A DNA stretch of 54,865 nucleotides from Nanobdellota archaeon (GTDB lineage Archaea > Aenigmatarchaeota > Aenigmatarchaeia > Aenigmatarchaeales > Aenigmatarchaeaceae). The translations under genes were made by a program, and so were the position numbers. Location: NCBI GenBank assembly GCA_018901655.1, contig JAHIEG010000013.1:1-54865 (forward strand), read 5' to 3'. Position 1 is the first letter of the stretch. Each line of letters starts with the position of its first letter. Shown here in pieces: positions 9,592 to 19,161 of the stretch. Under the pieces are notes generated by a model, which worked only from the letters and a program-made list of their open reading frames with translations, searched no databases and was not told the DNA's origin.

Positions 9592-10587
9592 ATGAATTAT
9601 GAATGCGACGGTGAAGGAAATTATTGCGACGGAATAGCAAATATAGCTATGCCAACAAATATTTTGGGTACACTTATTTTTGATAATTTACAAATTACAG
9701 GTTCTCTATATGGTATTAACTCTCAAATAATTGGAGAAGTTAAACAAAACGATATGATTATTGGAAAAGATGTTATTGAAAGTGGGATGAAAATTTATAA
9801 ACGGCCCGATGACTATGCAAGAGGAATTCAGCAAAAGAGATGTAGAATTATGGGAGATCTTTATCAAAATAATTTACATGTTGACGGTGGTGTTGGACAA
9901 GCTGATATTATTGTCAATGGTAATGTTAAACAAAAAGAAATGAATATTACTGATAATCTGTGGCAAAGTGGATCAACATTTAAAAATGATGTTGATCAAG
10001 AAAATAGTAAATTTCGTTCTCTTTCACAGGATCATATAACTGTTGGGGGTGTTCTCAACCAAACTCATGTTAAAGTTGGTGAAGTTTATCAAAGAGATTC
10101 AACTATTAAATACTTAAATCAAATGGGAATAAAAGCTAAAGGTCTTAGTCAATATGATTCGAGATTTAAAGGTATTTATCAAGAAAATATGGAGATAGAA
10201 GGTAGCGTATACCAAAACAAAATAATAGTATCTGATGATCTTGATCAAGAAAATGCTATTGTCAAAAAACATCTATATCAAGAAGATTCAAAAATTAATT
10301 CTCTTAAACAAGATAAAATGATAGTTGAAGGAACGTGGCTACTGGATAATATAAATGTAACTAGTTATACTGGCCAACCTAAAAAAATAGGTGGAATTAA
10401 GTATAGATCTTTTGATGTACCGAGAGAAATGCTTGATATTGTTGAGGGGTGGGAAGTATTAACAGAACTTCATGAAAATAAAGATTATTCTCCTGCTTAT
10501 GATTTGTGTGGAGAAGAATATTTTACACTTGAAAAAATTGAAGAAGATCTTATAGACGAAGTTTTAGAAAATATAGAAGGTGAATAA
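9592..10587 (+). CDS. beta-solenoid repeat protein with Gln ladder
   Basis: About 15 repeats of 10-11 aa, each with a conserved Q (GDLYQNNLHV, GGVGQADIIV, GNVKQKEMNI...). Confidence 0.75.
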   Translation: MNYECDGEGNYCDGIANIAMPTNILGTLIFDNLQITGSLYGINSQIIGEVKQNDMIIGKDVIESGMKIYKRPDDYARGIQQKRCRIMGDLYQNNLHVDGGVGQADIIVNGNVKQKEMNITDNLWQSGSTFKNDVDQENSKFRSLSQDHITVGGVLNQTHVKVGEVYQRDSTIKYLNQMGIKAKGLSQYDSRFKGIYQENMEIEGSVYQNKIIVSDDLDQENAIVKKHLYQEDSKINSLKQDKMIVEGTWLLDNINVTSYTGQPKKIGGIKYRSFDVPREMLDIVEGWEVLTELHENKDYSPAYDLCGEEYFTLEKIEEDLIDEVLENIEGE

Positions 10588-10589
10588 AA

Positions 10590-10778
10590 ATGGCAGTAAT
10601 GTTTAGAAAAATAAAACCATTAAGACCTACAGTTGTACGAGTTGTAGACAAGGTAAAGACTTGTAATTATTATGCTGAAATGGGCCACTGTGTTGGACCA
10701 AGATGTTTTTGGTCTCAGATTGGAACTTGTAGATTTTTTAACGTGGCTAAAAAAACTAATAATTTTGCAGCGAAATAA
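10590..10778 (+). CDS. small Cys-rich zinc-finger-like protein, copy 1
   Basis: C-x8-C-x4-C-x7-C; GGTGA SD; paralog adjacent. Confidence 0.85.
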   Translation: MAVMFRKIKPLRPTVVRVVDKVKTCNYYAEMGHCVGPRCFWSQIGTCRFFNVAKKTNNFAAK

Positions 10779-10792
10779 ATGAGATGAAAAAT

Positions 10793-10981
10793 ATGTCAGT
10801 AATGTTTAGAAAAATAAAACCATTAAGACCAACAGTTGTTCGTATTGGAGACAAAGTAAAAACTTGTCACTATTATAATGAACTTAAACACTGTATTGGA
10901 CCTAGATGTTTTTGGTCACAGATCGGAACATGTAAGTTTTTTAATACAGCTAAAAAAAGCGATAACTTCGCAGCTAAATGA
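10793..10981 (+). CDS. small Cys-rich zinc-finger-like protein, copy 2
   Basis: Tandem paralog with the same Cys spacing and many synonymous differences. Confidence 0.85.
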   Translation: MSVMFRKIKPLRPTVVRIGDKVKTCHYYNELKHCIGPRCFWSQIGTCKFFNTAKKSDNFAAK

Positions 10982-10989
10982 GGTGATTT

Positions 10990-11343
10990 ATGATGAGTGA
11001 ATATGAAATGAAAAAAAATATAACTACAATTGAAGCAGCAGATATGTTTGGAGCAATTGCAAAAATTGGAGCTAAATCCGTGAAAGAATTTAGTGAACTT
11101 ATTTTAAAAGACGCAAATATCTATTGTGAACTTGATAATGAAACTTATAACGCAACCGGACAATTAAACAAAGATATAACACAAGAAATAATTGAAGGAG
11201 TAAGAATTAATGTTAATTTCTTAAATGGTGTAAATCAAATATTAGATATTTATATTAAAAACCCAAATAGGGATTTATATAGCATGATAAACTGTGCTCC
11301 AGTTATTCCAGTGGGTTGGACAGAATTTTTCAATCAGGTATAG
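10990..11343 (+). CDS. hypothetical protein
   Basis: GAGGTGA SD, operonic. Confidence 0.7.
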   Translation: MMSEYEMKKNITTIEAADMFGAIAKIGAKSVKEFSELILKDANIYCELDNETYNATGQLNKDITQEIIEGVRINVNFLNGVNQILDIYIKNPNRDLYSMINCAPVIPVGWTEFFNQV

Positions 11344-11360
11344 ATAATGAGGTGAAATGA

Positions 11361-11804
11361 ATGACAGAATACGAAAATGTTCATATATATTCCAGAAAAG
11401 ATTTTACTATAAATGGACTAGATGACGATGATAAAATATCTAAAGGTCAATATATTTTTAATGCAATGGAAGTAGGTGGAGATTATGAAGCATTTAATTC
11501 TTTGGAAGATATAGCTAAAGAAATGATTGTTTTCTCTAATCAAAATATAGATCAAGAACCTTATGAAGAATGTTTTGATTTTGAACTTGGAGAAGCACCA
11601 GTAGCAATATATCCTGGTGATGGAAATGAACCAGTTTTAAAAATTAATAAATGTTTAACAGATCAAGAAAAGAATGAATTGCAAGATATGTTAATATCTC
11701 TTTTTGAATCTGGTAAAGCAAAACAGATTTATGAAAAGGAAATTAATAGTATAAAACAAGGTACATCGTCAGGAGCTGACAATGTAAAAATAAAAAGTAA
11801 ATAA
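11361..11804 (+). CDS. acidic hypothetical protein
   Basis: GAGGTGA SD, operonic. Confidence 0.7.
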   Translation: MTEYENVHIYSRKDFTINGLDDDDKISKGQYIFNAMEVGGDYEAFNSLEDIAKEMIVFSNQNIDQEPYEECFDFELGEAPVAIYPGDGNEPVLKINKCLTDQEKNELQDMLISLFESGKAKQIYEKEINSIKQGTSSGADNVKIKSK

Positions 11805-11819
11805 AAACGAGGTGAAAAA

Positions 11820-12035
11820 ATGGTAAAATATTTTTTCAAAGAAATACAAGATGAAACCCGAAAAATGAATAATGAAATTAATAATAATAATTATATTAAA
11901 GCTTTGTACCATTCAGAAGAGGTTCTAAATTATATAATTGAACAAGACAATAATGCTTGGCAGGAATTTCCACTAATACCCTCAATAAAACGATATAGAG
12001 CTAAAAAAACTGCAGAGAAGAAATGCCTACTTTAA
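11820..12035 (+). CDS. hypothetical protein
   Basis: GAGGTGA SD, operonic. Confidence 0.6.
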   Translation: MVKYFFKEIQDETRKMNNEINNNNYIKALYHSEEVLNYIIEQDNNAWQEFPLIPSIKRYRAKKTAEKKCLL

Positions 12036-12481
12036 TACACACTAGAAAAAATATAATTTCAAAATTAGAACAATATTTAAACATTAAAAATTCTGAAAAC
12101 TATGTTTCTGAATTAATAGAAAGTGGTTCTAGTGATTCGTGGAACGAGCATCAAAACAAAAAACAACATATTAATGATATGATAAATGATACAAAAAAAA
12201 TAGATTATGTTGCTGCTGGCGGTATTATCATGTTGGTTGCCGTAAGCATGGCAAATAATAATGACCCATTTGAAAATATTTTATATGGCACAACAATGGG
12301 AGTGGGGCTCGGTACTATTCTTATTCATGGGAAAAACACACTAAAAAAAAGATGTGAAGAAAAGGCAGTTACAGATGAAGAACTAATTAAAACAGATATG
12401 AGAATAGATAAAATATATGAAGAAGCTGCCAAAAACGGTATGGAAGGAACCAAAGTAAATAGAAAATATAAAAGATATTAA
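12023..12481 (+). CDS. hypothetical membrane protein
   Basis: Two Gly/Ala-rich hydrophobic segments. Confidence 0.65.
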   Translation: MPTLIHTRKNIISKLEQYLNIKNSENYVSELIESGSSDSWNEHQNKKQHINDMINDTKKIDYVAAGGIIMLVAVSMANNNDPFENILYGTTMGVGLGTILIHGKNTLKKRCEEKAVTDEELIKTDMRIDKIYEEAAKNGMEGTKVNRKYKRY

Positions 12482-12482
12482 T

Positions 12483-13484
12483 TTATAATATTTTCATAAA
12501 TTCTTCTAACTTAGCATTTGTCTTAACCCCAGTATCACAAAGTGAAGACCTAGAAGCTTCAAACCCATTCTCTTTAAGTTTCAAAATAATATCATGAACA
12601 GCTGGAACTTTAGCAAGATGCATTTTACTAATATCATAATAAAATGGAACATTTATCTCTCTAAGAATTTTAGTAAGAATAGCAATCTCTTTATCTTTAT
12701 TTTTAAAATCTCTTTTTTCAAGCTCATCTATAACTTGTTTAATAAACTCATCATCTTTAATTGGGCCAAGATAGATTGGACCGATATTATCAATAGTTCC
12801 ATATTGTTTCAACATCTTAGTTACTTTTCCACTACCTTCAATAATTCCATAAACTCGATAATAGTGTTTATAGATTAAAAACAATAATGGTCTAAACGCC
12901 TTATCATATCTAGCAAAAGAATTCATAATAAATGTTATCAAAACTCTAATACCAAGTTCAGAATAATAAGGAGTACGACCAACTTTAATTGCATACTTTC
13001 TAAAACAAGCATTAGGAAAACTTCCACTCAAAGCTCCACCATCTGTTGCACTAACTGCTAAAAGCCTATTATATTTTAAAGAACGAGCTACAGAGTCCAT
13101 AAATATCGAAGGACTACCAAAAGGATCAAGATCTATAAAATCAAATAATCTTTCTCTCATAATTAGATTAGCATCTTTATTTGAAACTTCGACCTCAACC
13201 GAATTTAGTTCAATATTATTTTTTATTAACTCAATTGCTTTAGGATTATTATCATTTAGAACTGCTTTAACTCCAACTTCTTTAACATATCTTATTCCAC
13301 TTACCCCACTAGCAGATAGGGCATCTAGCATTTCAATATCTTCAACTTTTGTTTTGAAAACAGACAAAACAGCTACAGAAATGTCTCTAACAATTTCAGC
13401 ATCTTTATTATAAAACACTGCTGCATCATAAATTCTACCAGTTGGAACATTTATCTCAATCTTACCTTCTTTTACTTTATCCAT
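12483..13484 (-). CDS. trm1: tRNA (guanine26-N2)-dimethyltransferase
   Basis: VFYN, LDALSASG, IDLDPFGSP, SATD, ELGIRVL motifs. Confidence 0.93.
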   Translation of the reverse strand: MDKVKEGKIEINVPTGRIYDAAVFYNKDAEIVRDISVAVLSVFKTKVEDIEMLDALSASGVSGIRYVKEVGVKAVLNDNNPKAIELIKNNIELNSVEVEVSNKDANLIMRERLFDFIDLDPFGSPSIFMDSVARSLKYNRLLAVSATDGGALSGSFPNACFRKYAIKVGRTPYYSELGIRVLITFIMNSFARYDKAFRPLLFLIYKHYYRVYGIIEGSGKVTKMLKQYGTIDNIGPIYLGPIKDDEFIKQVIDELEKRDFKNKDKEIAILTKILREINVPFYYDISKMHLAKVPAVHDIILKLKENGFEASRSSLCDTGVKTNAKLEEFMKIL

Positions 13485-13563
13485 AAAATCAATTGAGTGT
13501 TAACAAATAAAAGTTTAAGCAATCGAACAATAAGCATTTAAACATACACATCTTAACAAAAAT

Positions 13564-14445
13564 ATGAATAAAGAAATTGTAATAGTATATGCAGGTTTAG
13601 CAACAGAAAAAATAACTAAATTTGGAAATAAAACATTTATGGAATTTCAAAACGGACCAAATATATTTAAAAAATATTATGAACAAAATGATATACCTAC
13701 TATCAATTTAAATGAAATATTCAAAGAAGAAGGTGGAGTTTTAACAAAAGATAATACCCAAAAATATACTGATTTTTATAAAAAGCTGTTTAAACAAAAT
13801 AAGATTCCAATAACAATTGGTGGAGATCACGGAATAACTGTTTCAGCAACATTGGCCGCTAACGAAATTTATGACAGTGATACTGTTCGTTTTGATAGAC
13901 ATATAGATGCAATAAGCTATATGGAAAACAATCTGCTTCCATACCATCATAAAAATCCAGACGAAGAAAACTTTACAATAATACTAAATACATTACCAGA
14001 ATCTAGTTTTGTACATATTGGCGGACCGTTTGATGAAAATTCAGAAACAAGTTATATGTTTGAACCAGAACTTGAAGATCATATAGCTAGTAGTATTAGA
14101 AAAATTAAAAGAAGTAGAGATGTTGAATTTTTAACAGAAAAAAATATGAACGAACACAATGCTCTTTTAAACAAATTTGCTGACAAATCAAATAAGGATA
14201 TATATATTTCAATTGATGTTGATATTCTAAAAGAAGTAAAACCAAAAGGATGTAAACATGTCCCAAATTCTGGACTTATAGATTCAAAGAAAATAAAAGA
14301 ATATGTAGAAAGTTTAAGTCGGAAAAAAAATATAGTCGGATTAGATATATGTGAAATATCAGATGCACCAAATCACGAAATATCTGGAAAATGCGGTGGC
14401 GAAATAATGAGAAACACTCTACCTTTATTGAATATTTCTAACTAG
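13564..14445 (+). CDS. arginase/agmatinase (ureohydrolase) family protein
   Basis: GGDH, DRHID, YISIDVD, GLDICE metal-binding motifs. Confidence 0.8.
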   Translation: MNKEIVIVYAGLATEKITKFGNKTFMEFQNGPNIFKKYYEQNDIPTINLNEIFKEEGGVLTKDNTQKYTDFYKKLFKQNKIPITIGGDHGITVSATLAANEIYDSDTVRFDRHIDAISYMENNLLPYHHKNPDEENFTIILNTLPESSFVHIGGPFDENSETSYMFEPELEDHIASSIRKIKRSRDVEFLTEKNMNEHNALLNKFADKSNKDIYISIDVDILKEVKPKGCKHVPNSGLIDSKKIKEYVESLSRKKNIVGLDICEISDAPNHEISGKCGGEIMRNTLPLLNISN

Positions 14446-14500
14446 TAAACCTTTATAAATTTAGGAAATATAGATAGTAGAAGTACATAGAGGTGATATT

Positions 14501-15217
14501 ATACAACAACCAGAAGCAGCTGCTCAAATGGCATATGATAGAGCAACAGTAACATTTTCTCCTGATGGAAGACTATATCAAATAGAATACGCAAGAGAAG
14601 CAGTTAAAAAAGGAAGTACTTTAATTGGCTTAATATTTAATAATGGAGTTATAATTGCAACAATAAGACCTATAGAAGAACTTTCTGTACCAAGTGTTGG
14701 AAGTGATAAAATACATGAAATTGATTCACATCTAGCTACAGGTATGGCAGGATTTCTTGCAGATGGTAGGGTATTAATAGATTTTGCAAGAATAAAAGCA
14801 CAAATTCATAAAATAACATATGATGAACCACTTAGTGTACTAGGTGGAGTAAAAGAAGTTGCAGACCGAATGCAATTATTTACACAATATGGTGGTGTAA
14901 GACCTTATGGAGTTGCATTATTATTAGGTGGAATAGATGAAAAAGGTCCACAGTTATTTGAAATTGATCCATCGTCAGCATTTTCTTCATGGAAAGCACA
15001 AACATTAGGAAGAGGTTCTGTAGAAGCTCTAAAAGTATTAAAAAATGATTGGAAGGAAAAATTAAGTAAAGACGATGGTATTAGATTAGCATTAAAAGCT
15101 CTGAAAGCTGGAGAAAAAGGAGTTAAACTTCAAGAAATTGAATTATCAATAATTGATGCTCAAGGATTTAATGAATATAGGGGAGAAAATATTAAGGAAA
15201 TAAAGAAATATTGGTAA
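14501..15217 (+). CDS. psmA: proteasome subunit alpha (start may be ATA at 14501; first ATG 14528)
   Basis: AYDRATVTFSPDGRLYQIEYAREAV, GGVRPYG. Confidence 0.97.
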   Translation: MQQPEAAAQMAYDRATVTFSPDGRLYQIEYAREAVKKGSTLIGLIFNNGVIIATIRPIEELSVPSVGSDKIHEIDSHLATGMAGFLADGRVLIDFARIKAQIHKITYDEPLSVLGGVKEVADRMQLFTQYGGVRPYGVALLLGGIDEKGPQLFEIDPSSAFSSWKAQTLGRGSVEALKVLKNDWKEKLSKDDGIRLALKALKAGEKGVKLQEIELSIIDAQGFNEYRGENIKEIKKYW

Positions 15218-15228
15218 AGTTGATACAA

Positions 15229-15924
15229 ATGACAGTTTCTGTAGAGAATGCAGTAATAGCACGAATTACAAAAGGTGGAGAAAAATTTGAAATTCTAGTT
15301 GACCCAAGAAAAGCTTTAGAAGTAAAAGGTGGAAAAGATATTCCATTAGATGAACTTGTTGCTGTAGAAGAATTATATGAAGATGTAGGAAAAGGTTTAA
15401 GAGTTTCTGAGGAAAAAATAAATAAAGCTTTTGGAACAAATGATTTAAAAACAATTATCTATAAAATAATCAAACAGGGAGATGTCCAGTTAACAACAGA
15501 ACAAAGAAAAGAATTTGCAGAGAAAAAAAGAAAAACAATTGTTAACATAATAGCAAAACAAGGCATTAATCCTCAAAACAATTTACCACATCCAGCACAA
15601 AGAATAGAGAATGCAATGGAGCAGGCAAAGGTTAAAATAGCTTTAGAACAAAGTGCTGAAGAACAAGTTGAGTCTATTTTAAAACAAATTCAAGCAATAA
15701 TTCCAATAAGGTTTGAAACAGTAAGACTATCAATAAAAATACCAGCACAATATGCAGGAAAGGCAGCTGGAACAATAAGAGGTCTTGGAAAAATAATTAA
15801 AGATGAATGGAAAGGTGATGGAAGTTACTTTTGCATGATAGAGATTCCTGGAGGAATGCAACAGGATGTTTATGATAAACTTAGTGACCTAACACATGGT
15901 CAATTTGAAGTTAAAAAAGATTAA
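15229..15924 (+). CDS. ribosome maturation factor SBDS/Sdo1
   Basis: GEKFEILVDP, QLTTEQR, PHPAQRIENAM. Confidence 0.95.
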   Translation: MTVSVENAVIARITKGGEKFEILVDPRKALEVKGGKDIPLDELVAVEELYEDVGKGLRVSEEKINKAFGTNDLKTIIYKIIKQGDVQLTTEQRKEFAEKKRKTIVNIIAKQGINPQNNLPHPAQRIENAMEQAKVKIALEQSAEEQVESILKQIQAIIPIRFETVRLSIKIPAQYAGKAAGTIRGLGKIIKDEWKGDGSYFCMIEIPGGMQQDVYDKLSDLTHGQFEVKKD

Positions 15925-15937
15925 GGAGGTAATTTAA

Positions 15938-16651
15938 ATGGAAGACGAACAAGTTACAGAAAATACTAGCAACTCGACATTACTTGTTAAAGAGCGAGAA
16001 CTAGTAACACCAGGAGACGTTTTAGCCGAAGGTTTAGATTTTCTTCCAAGTAGCGGATGTTACAGAGAAGATAATCAAATAAAAGCTAAACTTCTAGGTT
16101 TAATAAAAATAAAAAACAGATTCATAGGTATAATTCCTTTGTCTGGAGTATATGTACCAAGACCAGGTGATGGAATAATTGGGTTTGTCAAAGATATGCA
16201 ATCAACATCTTGGATAATTGATATAAACAGTCCATACGATGCTTTACTAGTATTAGGCGAAGCTGTTGGAGAATTTGTAGATATTACAAAAAGAGACATA
16301 TCATCATATTTTGATATCGGTGATATAATTTATGCCAAGGTTTTGAATGTTACAAAATCAAAACATGTTCAACTAACAATGAACGATCATAGAGCTAAAA
16401 AGCTTTCTGACGGAAGATTATTAAAAATAACACCATCAAAGGTTCCAAGACTAATTGGTAAACAAGGTTCAATGATTGAATTAATCAAGAACGAAACAAA
16501 ATGCCAAATAATTGTTGGACAAAATGGTGTTGTTTGGATTAGAGGAGAAAAAGAAGGTCTAGCATCAAAAGCAGTTAAAACAATTGAACAAGAATCACAC
16601 ACTGGTGGATTAACTGAAAAGATAACAAAACTGTTGGAGAAAGGTGATTAA
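15938..16651 (+). CDS. rrp4: exosome RNA-binding subunit Rrp4
   Basis: VTPGD, YVPRPGD (S1), KVPRLIGKQGSM (KH), VGQNG. Confidence 0.95.
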   Translation: MEDEQVTENTSNSTLLVKERELVTPGDVLAEGLDFLPSSGCYREDNQIKAKLLGLIKIKNRFIGIIPLSGVYVPRPGDGIIGFVKDMQSTSWIIDINSPYDALLVLGEAVGEFVDITKRDISSYFDIGDIIYAKVLNVTKSKHVQLTMNDHRAKKLSDGRLLKITPSKVPRLIGKQGSMIELIKNETKCQIIVGQNGVVWIRGEKEGLASKAVKTIEQESHTGGLTEKITKLLEKGD

Positions 16652-16652
16652 T

Positions 16653-17390
16653 ATGACAAAAGTAGGAGCACCAGAAAAATTAATAATCGGAACTAAAAGA
16701 TTAGATGGAAGAAGTCTTGAAGATATGAGACCAATGGAAACAGATGTTGGTATTATAAAAAAAGCAACTGGATCAGCAATCTTTAAGTTCGGTAACACAT
16801 ATGCACTTGCAGCTGTATATGGACCAAAACCATTTCATCCAAGGTTTTTACAAGATCCTCAAAAAGCAGTATTAAAATGTAGATACAATATGGCACCGTT
16901 TTCAACAGGTGATAGAATTAGACCAGGATATAATAGAAGAAGTACAGAAATATCAAAAGTTATAAGACTGGCTTTAGATAGTGTTGTATTTGTAGAAGAT
17001 TATCCAAGAACTGGAATAGAAATATTTGCAGAAATTATACAAGCAAATGCATCAACCAGATGTGCTGGATTAAATGCAGCATCATTAGCACTTGCAGACG
17101 CAGGAGTTCCAATGAGAGAATTAGTATGTTCTTGTTCAGTTGGAAAAGTTGAAGACACTATTATCATGGACTTAGATGGACCAGAAGATATGTTTGGACA
17201 AGTTGACTTAGCAGTTGCAACAATTGGAAATCAAGATAAGTTTGTATTAGTTCAAATGGATGGAGTTGTTACAAAAGACGAATTCATGAAAATGATTGAA
17301 TTGTCAAAAAAAGGATGTGGAAGTGTATATAAAAAACAAAAAGAAATCCTTAGAGAAAAATACAAAACGGGTGAGTTAAATGACGAATGA
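16653..17390 (+). CDS. rrp41: exosome catalytic subunit Rrp41
   Basis: RLDGR, YNMAPFST, RRSTEIS, ALADAG RNase PH motifs. Confidence 0.96.
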   Translation: MTKVGAPEKLIIGTKRLDGRSLEDMRPMETDVGIIKKATGSAIFKFGNTYALAAVYGPKPFHPRFLQDPQKAVLKCRYNMAPFSTGDRIRPGYNRRSTEISKVIRLALDSVVFVEDYPRTGIEIFAEIIQANASTRCAGLNAASLALADAGVPMRELVCSCSVGKVEDTIIMDLDGPEDMFGQVDLAVATIGNQDKFVLVQMDGVVTKDEFMKMIELSKKGCGSVYKKQKEILREKYKTGELNDE

Positions 17391-18150
17391 AACATACATT
17401 AAAAAACTCATAGAAGACGGATCAAGAATTGACAAAAGATCTTTTGATGAGTTTAGAGAAGTAACAATAGAAAAAGGAGTAATCAAAACTGCTGAAGGAT
17501 CTGCAAGAGTAAAAATAGGAAATACTCATGTAATTGCTGGAATCAAGATGTCTGTAGGAACACCATTCCCAGATACACCTGATGAAGGTATTTTAATTGT
17601 AAATACAGAACTTTCACCAATTGCATCACCAAAATTTGAAACAGGTCCTCCAAGTGAAGACTCAATTGAAATCGCAAGAGTAATTGATAGAGGAATTAGA
17701 GAATGTAAAGCAATTGATCTTGGCAAAATGTGTATTGTACCTGGAGAAAAGGTTTGGGTAATTAATGTAGATATACACGTACTTGACCATGATGGAAACC
17801 TAATAGATGCTGGTGGACTTGCAGCAGTAGCAGCATTACTTGATGCAAAAATACCAAAATACGACGTTGAAACTGAAAAGGTCATAAAAGATGAAACTAT
17901 AGGAAGTATTCCAATAGTAGATACACCAATTCCTGTAACTATAACAAAGATAGCAGATCAACTTCTTTTAGATACAAGCGTAGAAGAGGAAGAAGCAATG
18001 GATGCAAGAATAACAATAGCATCAACAAAGAATGGAAGTTTATGTGCTATGCAAAAAAGCGGAAAAGGCTATCTAACAACAGTAGAACTTGAAAAAGCAG
18101 TAGATTGGTCAATCAAGAAAGGTGAAGAGCTTAGAGCTCTTCTCACATAA
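17380..18150 (+). CDS. rrp42: exosome subunit Rrp42
   Basis: AEGSARVKIG, PFPDTP, FETGPP, DHDGNLID. Confidence 0.96.
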   Translation: MTNETYIKKLIEDGSRIDKRSFDEFREVTIEKGVIKTAEGSARVKIGNTHVIAGIKMSVGTPFPDTPDEGILIVNTELSPIASPKFETGPPSEDSIEIARVIDRGIRECKAIDLGKMCIVPGEKVWVINVDIHVLDHDGNLIDAGGLAAVAALLDAKIPKYDVETEKVIKDETIGSIPIVDTPIPVTITKIADQLLLDTSVEEEEAMDARITIASTKNGSLCAMQKSGKGYLTTVELEKAVDWSIKKGEELRALLT

Positions 18151-18187
18151 CTTTTTAAACGTTTAGTTTGTAATATGAGTTGATAAC

Positions 18188-18415
18188 ATGGCAACAAAAA
18201 AGATTGGTTCAGCAGGAAGATTTGGTCCAAGGTATGGAACAAGAACTAGAAAGATAGTTACAGCTATGGAAAAAAAGACAAAGAAAAAGCTAATGTGTCC
18301 ATATTGCGAAAGACCAGCACTAAAAAGAGTTGCAGCTGGAATATGGAATTGTAAAAAATGTAATGTTAAATTTGCTGGAGGAGCATATTTTCCTAAATTT
18401 GTAAAAGGTGAATAA
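18188..18415 (+). CDS. rpl37ae: 50S ribosomal protein eL43 (L37ae)
   Basis: AGRFGPRYG, CPYC, GIWNCKKC, FAGGAY. Confidence 0.96.
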   Translation: MATKKIGSAGRFGPRYGTRTRKIVTAMEKKTKKKLMCPYCERPALKRVAAGIWNCKKCNVKFAGGAYFPKFVKGE

Positions 18416-18550
18416 ATGTATAAGTGCTTAAAATGTGAAAAAGAAATTGAACTTGAACATGTAAGAGATAAAATAAGATGTCCATTTTGTGGTTATCGTA
18501 TAATTATGAAACAAAGACCTAACAAAGTAACTAAGGTTATTGCAAGATAA
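18416..18550 (+). CDS. rpo12: RNA polymerase subunit Rpo12 (RpoP), not in ORF track
   Basis: MYKCLKC...IRCPFCGYRIIMKQRP, 44 aa, canonical position after eL43. Confidence 0.93.
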   Translation: MYKCLKCEKEIELEHVRDKIRCPFCGYRIIMKQRPNKVTKVIAR

Positions 18551-18780
18551 TGATGAAAGCTAAAATAGAAATTGAATGTAAAGAACCACAAAAAGTTATC
18601 AATTCAATTGAACCTGACATGGATCAAAATGAAAAATTTGAAGCAAAATTAGAAACTGATGACAATAAAATTAAGTTAACAGTAAAGTCAGATGAAATAT
18701 CTGGTCTGTTAGCTGGAATCAATTCATATCTAAGGCTTATCAAAACAACAAACGATTTGGAGGAGATTAAAAATGACTGA
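18550..18780 (+). CDS. pcc1: KEOPS subunit Pcc1-like
   Basis: SIEPD...LLAGINSYLRLI; position in the exosome superoperon. Confidence 0.85.
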   Translation: MMKAKIEIECKEPQKVINSIEPDMDQNEKFEAKLETDDNKIKLTVKSDEISGLLAGINSYLRLIKTTNDLEEIKND

Positions 18781-19153
18781 AGTATTAAAAATACCAGTAG
18801 GTGCACAAGAAGGTTTTATGAAAATGCAAGAAATGCAACAGCAAATGCAACAAATAAATTATCAAAAAGAAACACTTAGATTTCAAAAAATCGAAGCTGA
18901 AAGAGCTTTAGAAGAAATGAAAGAAATAAATAATGATACAGAAGTTTTCAAAGCTGTTGGTCCAATTTTAATAAAATCAACTAAAATTGAACTTGAAAAA
19001 GAGCTTAAAGAAAAAATAGAAACTGCAGAAGTTAGAATAAGAAAGGTTGAAAAAGAAGAAGAGCAAATTAAAGAAGAATTAACAACTATTCAAAACGAAC
19101 TTCAAAAACTTTTAGTACCAGCTGACGATGAAAAACCACAAGCAGCTGGTTAA
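18773..19153 (+). CDS. pfdB: prefoldin subunit beta
   Basis: Coiled coils flanking VFKAVGPILIK. Confidence 0.93.
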   Translation: MTEVLKIPVGAQEGFMKMQEMQQQMQQINYQKETLRFQKIEAERALEEMKEINNDTEVFKAVGPILIKSTKIELEKELKEKIETAEVRIRKVEKEEEQIKEELTTIQNELQKLLVPADDEKPQAAG

Positions 19154-19161
19154 TTTATTTT

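Noticed and set aside
9592-12481. Provirus or integrated element
   Set aside because: No integrase, capsid, terminase, att repeats or adjacent tRNA visible
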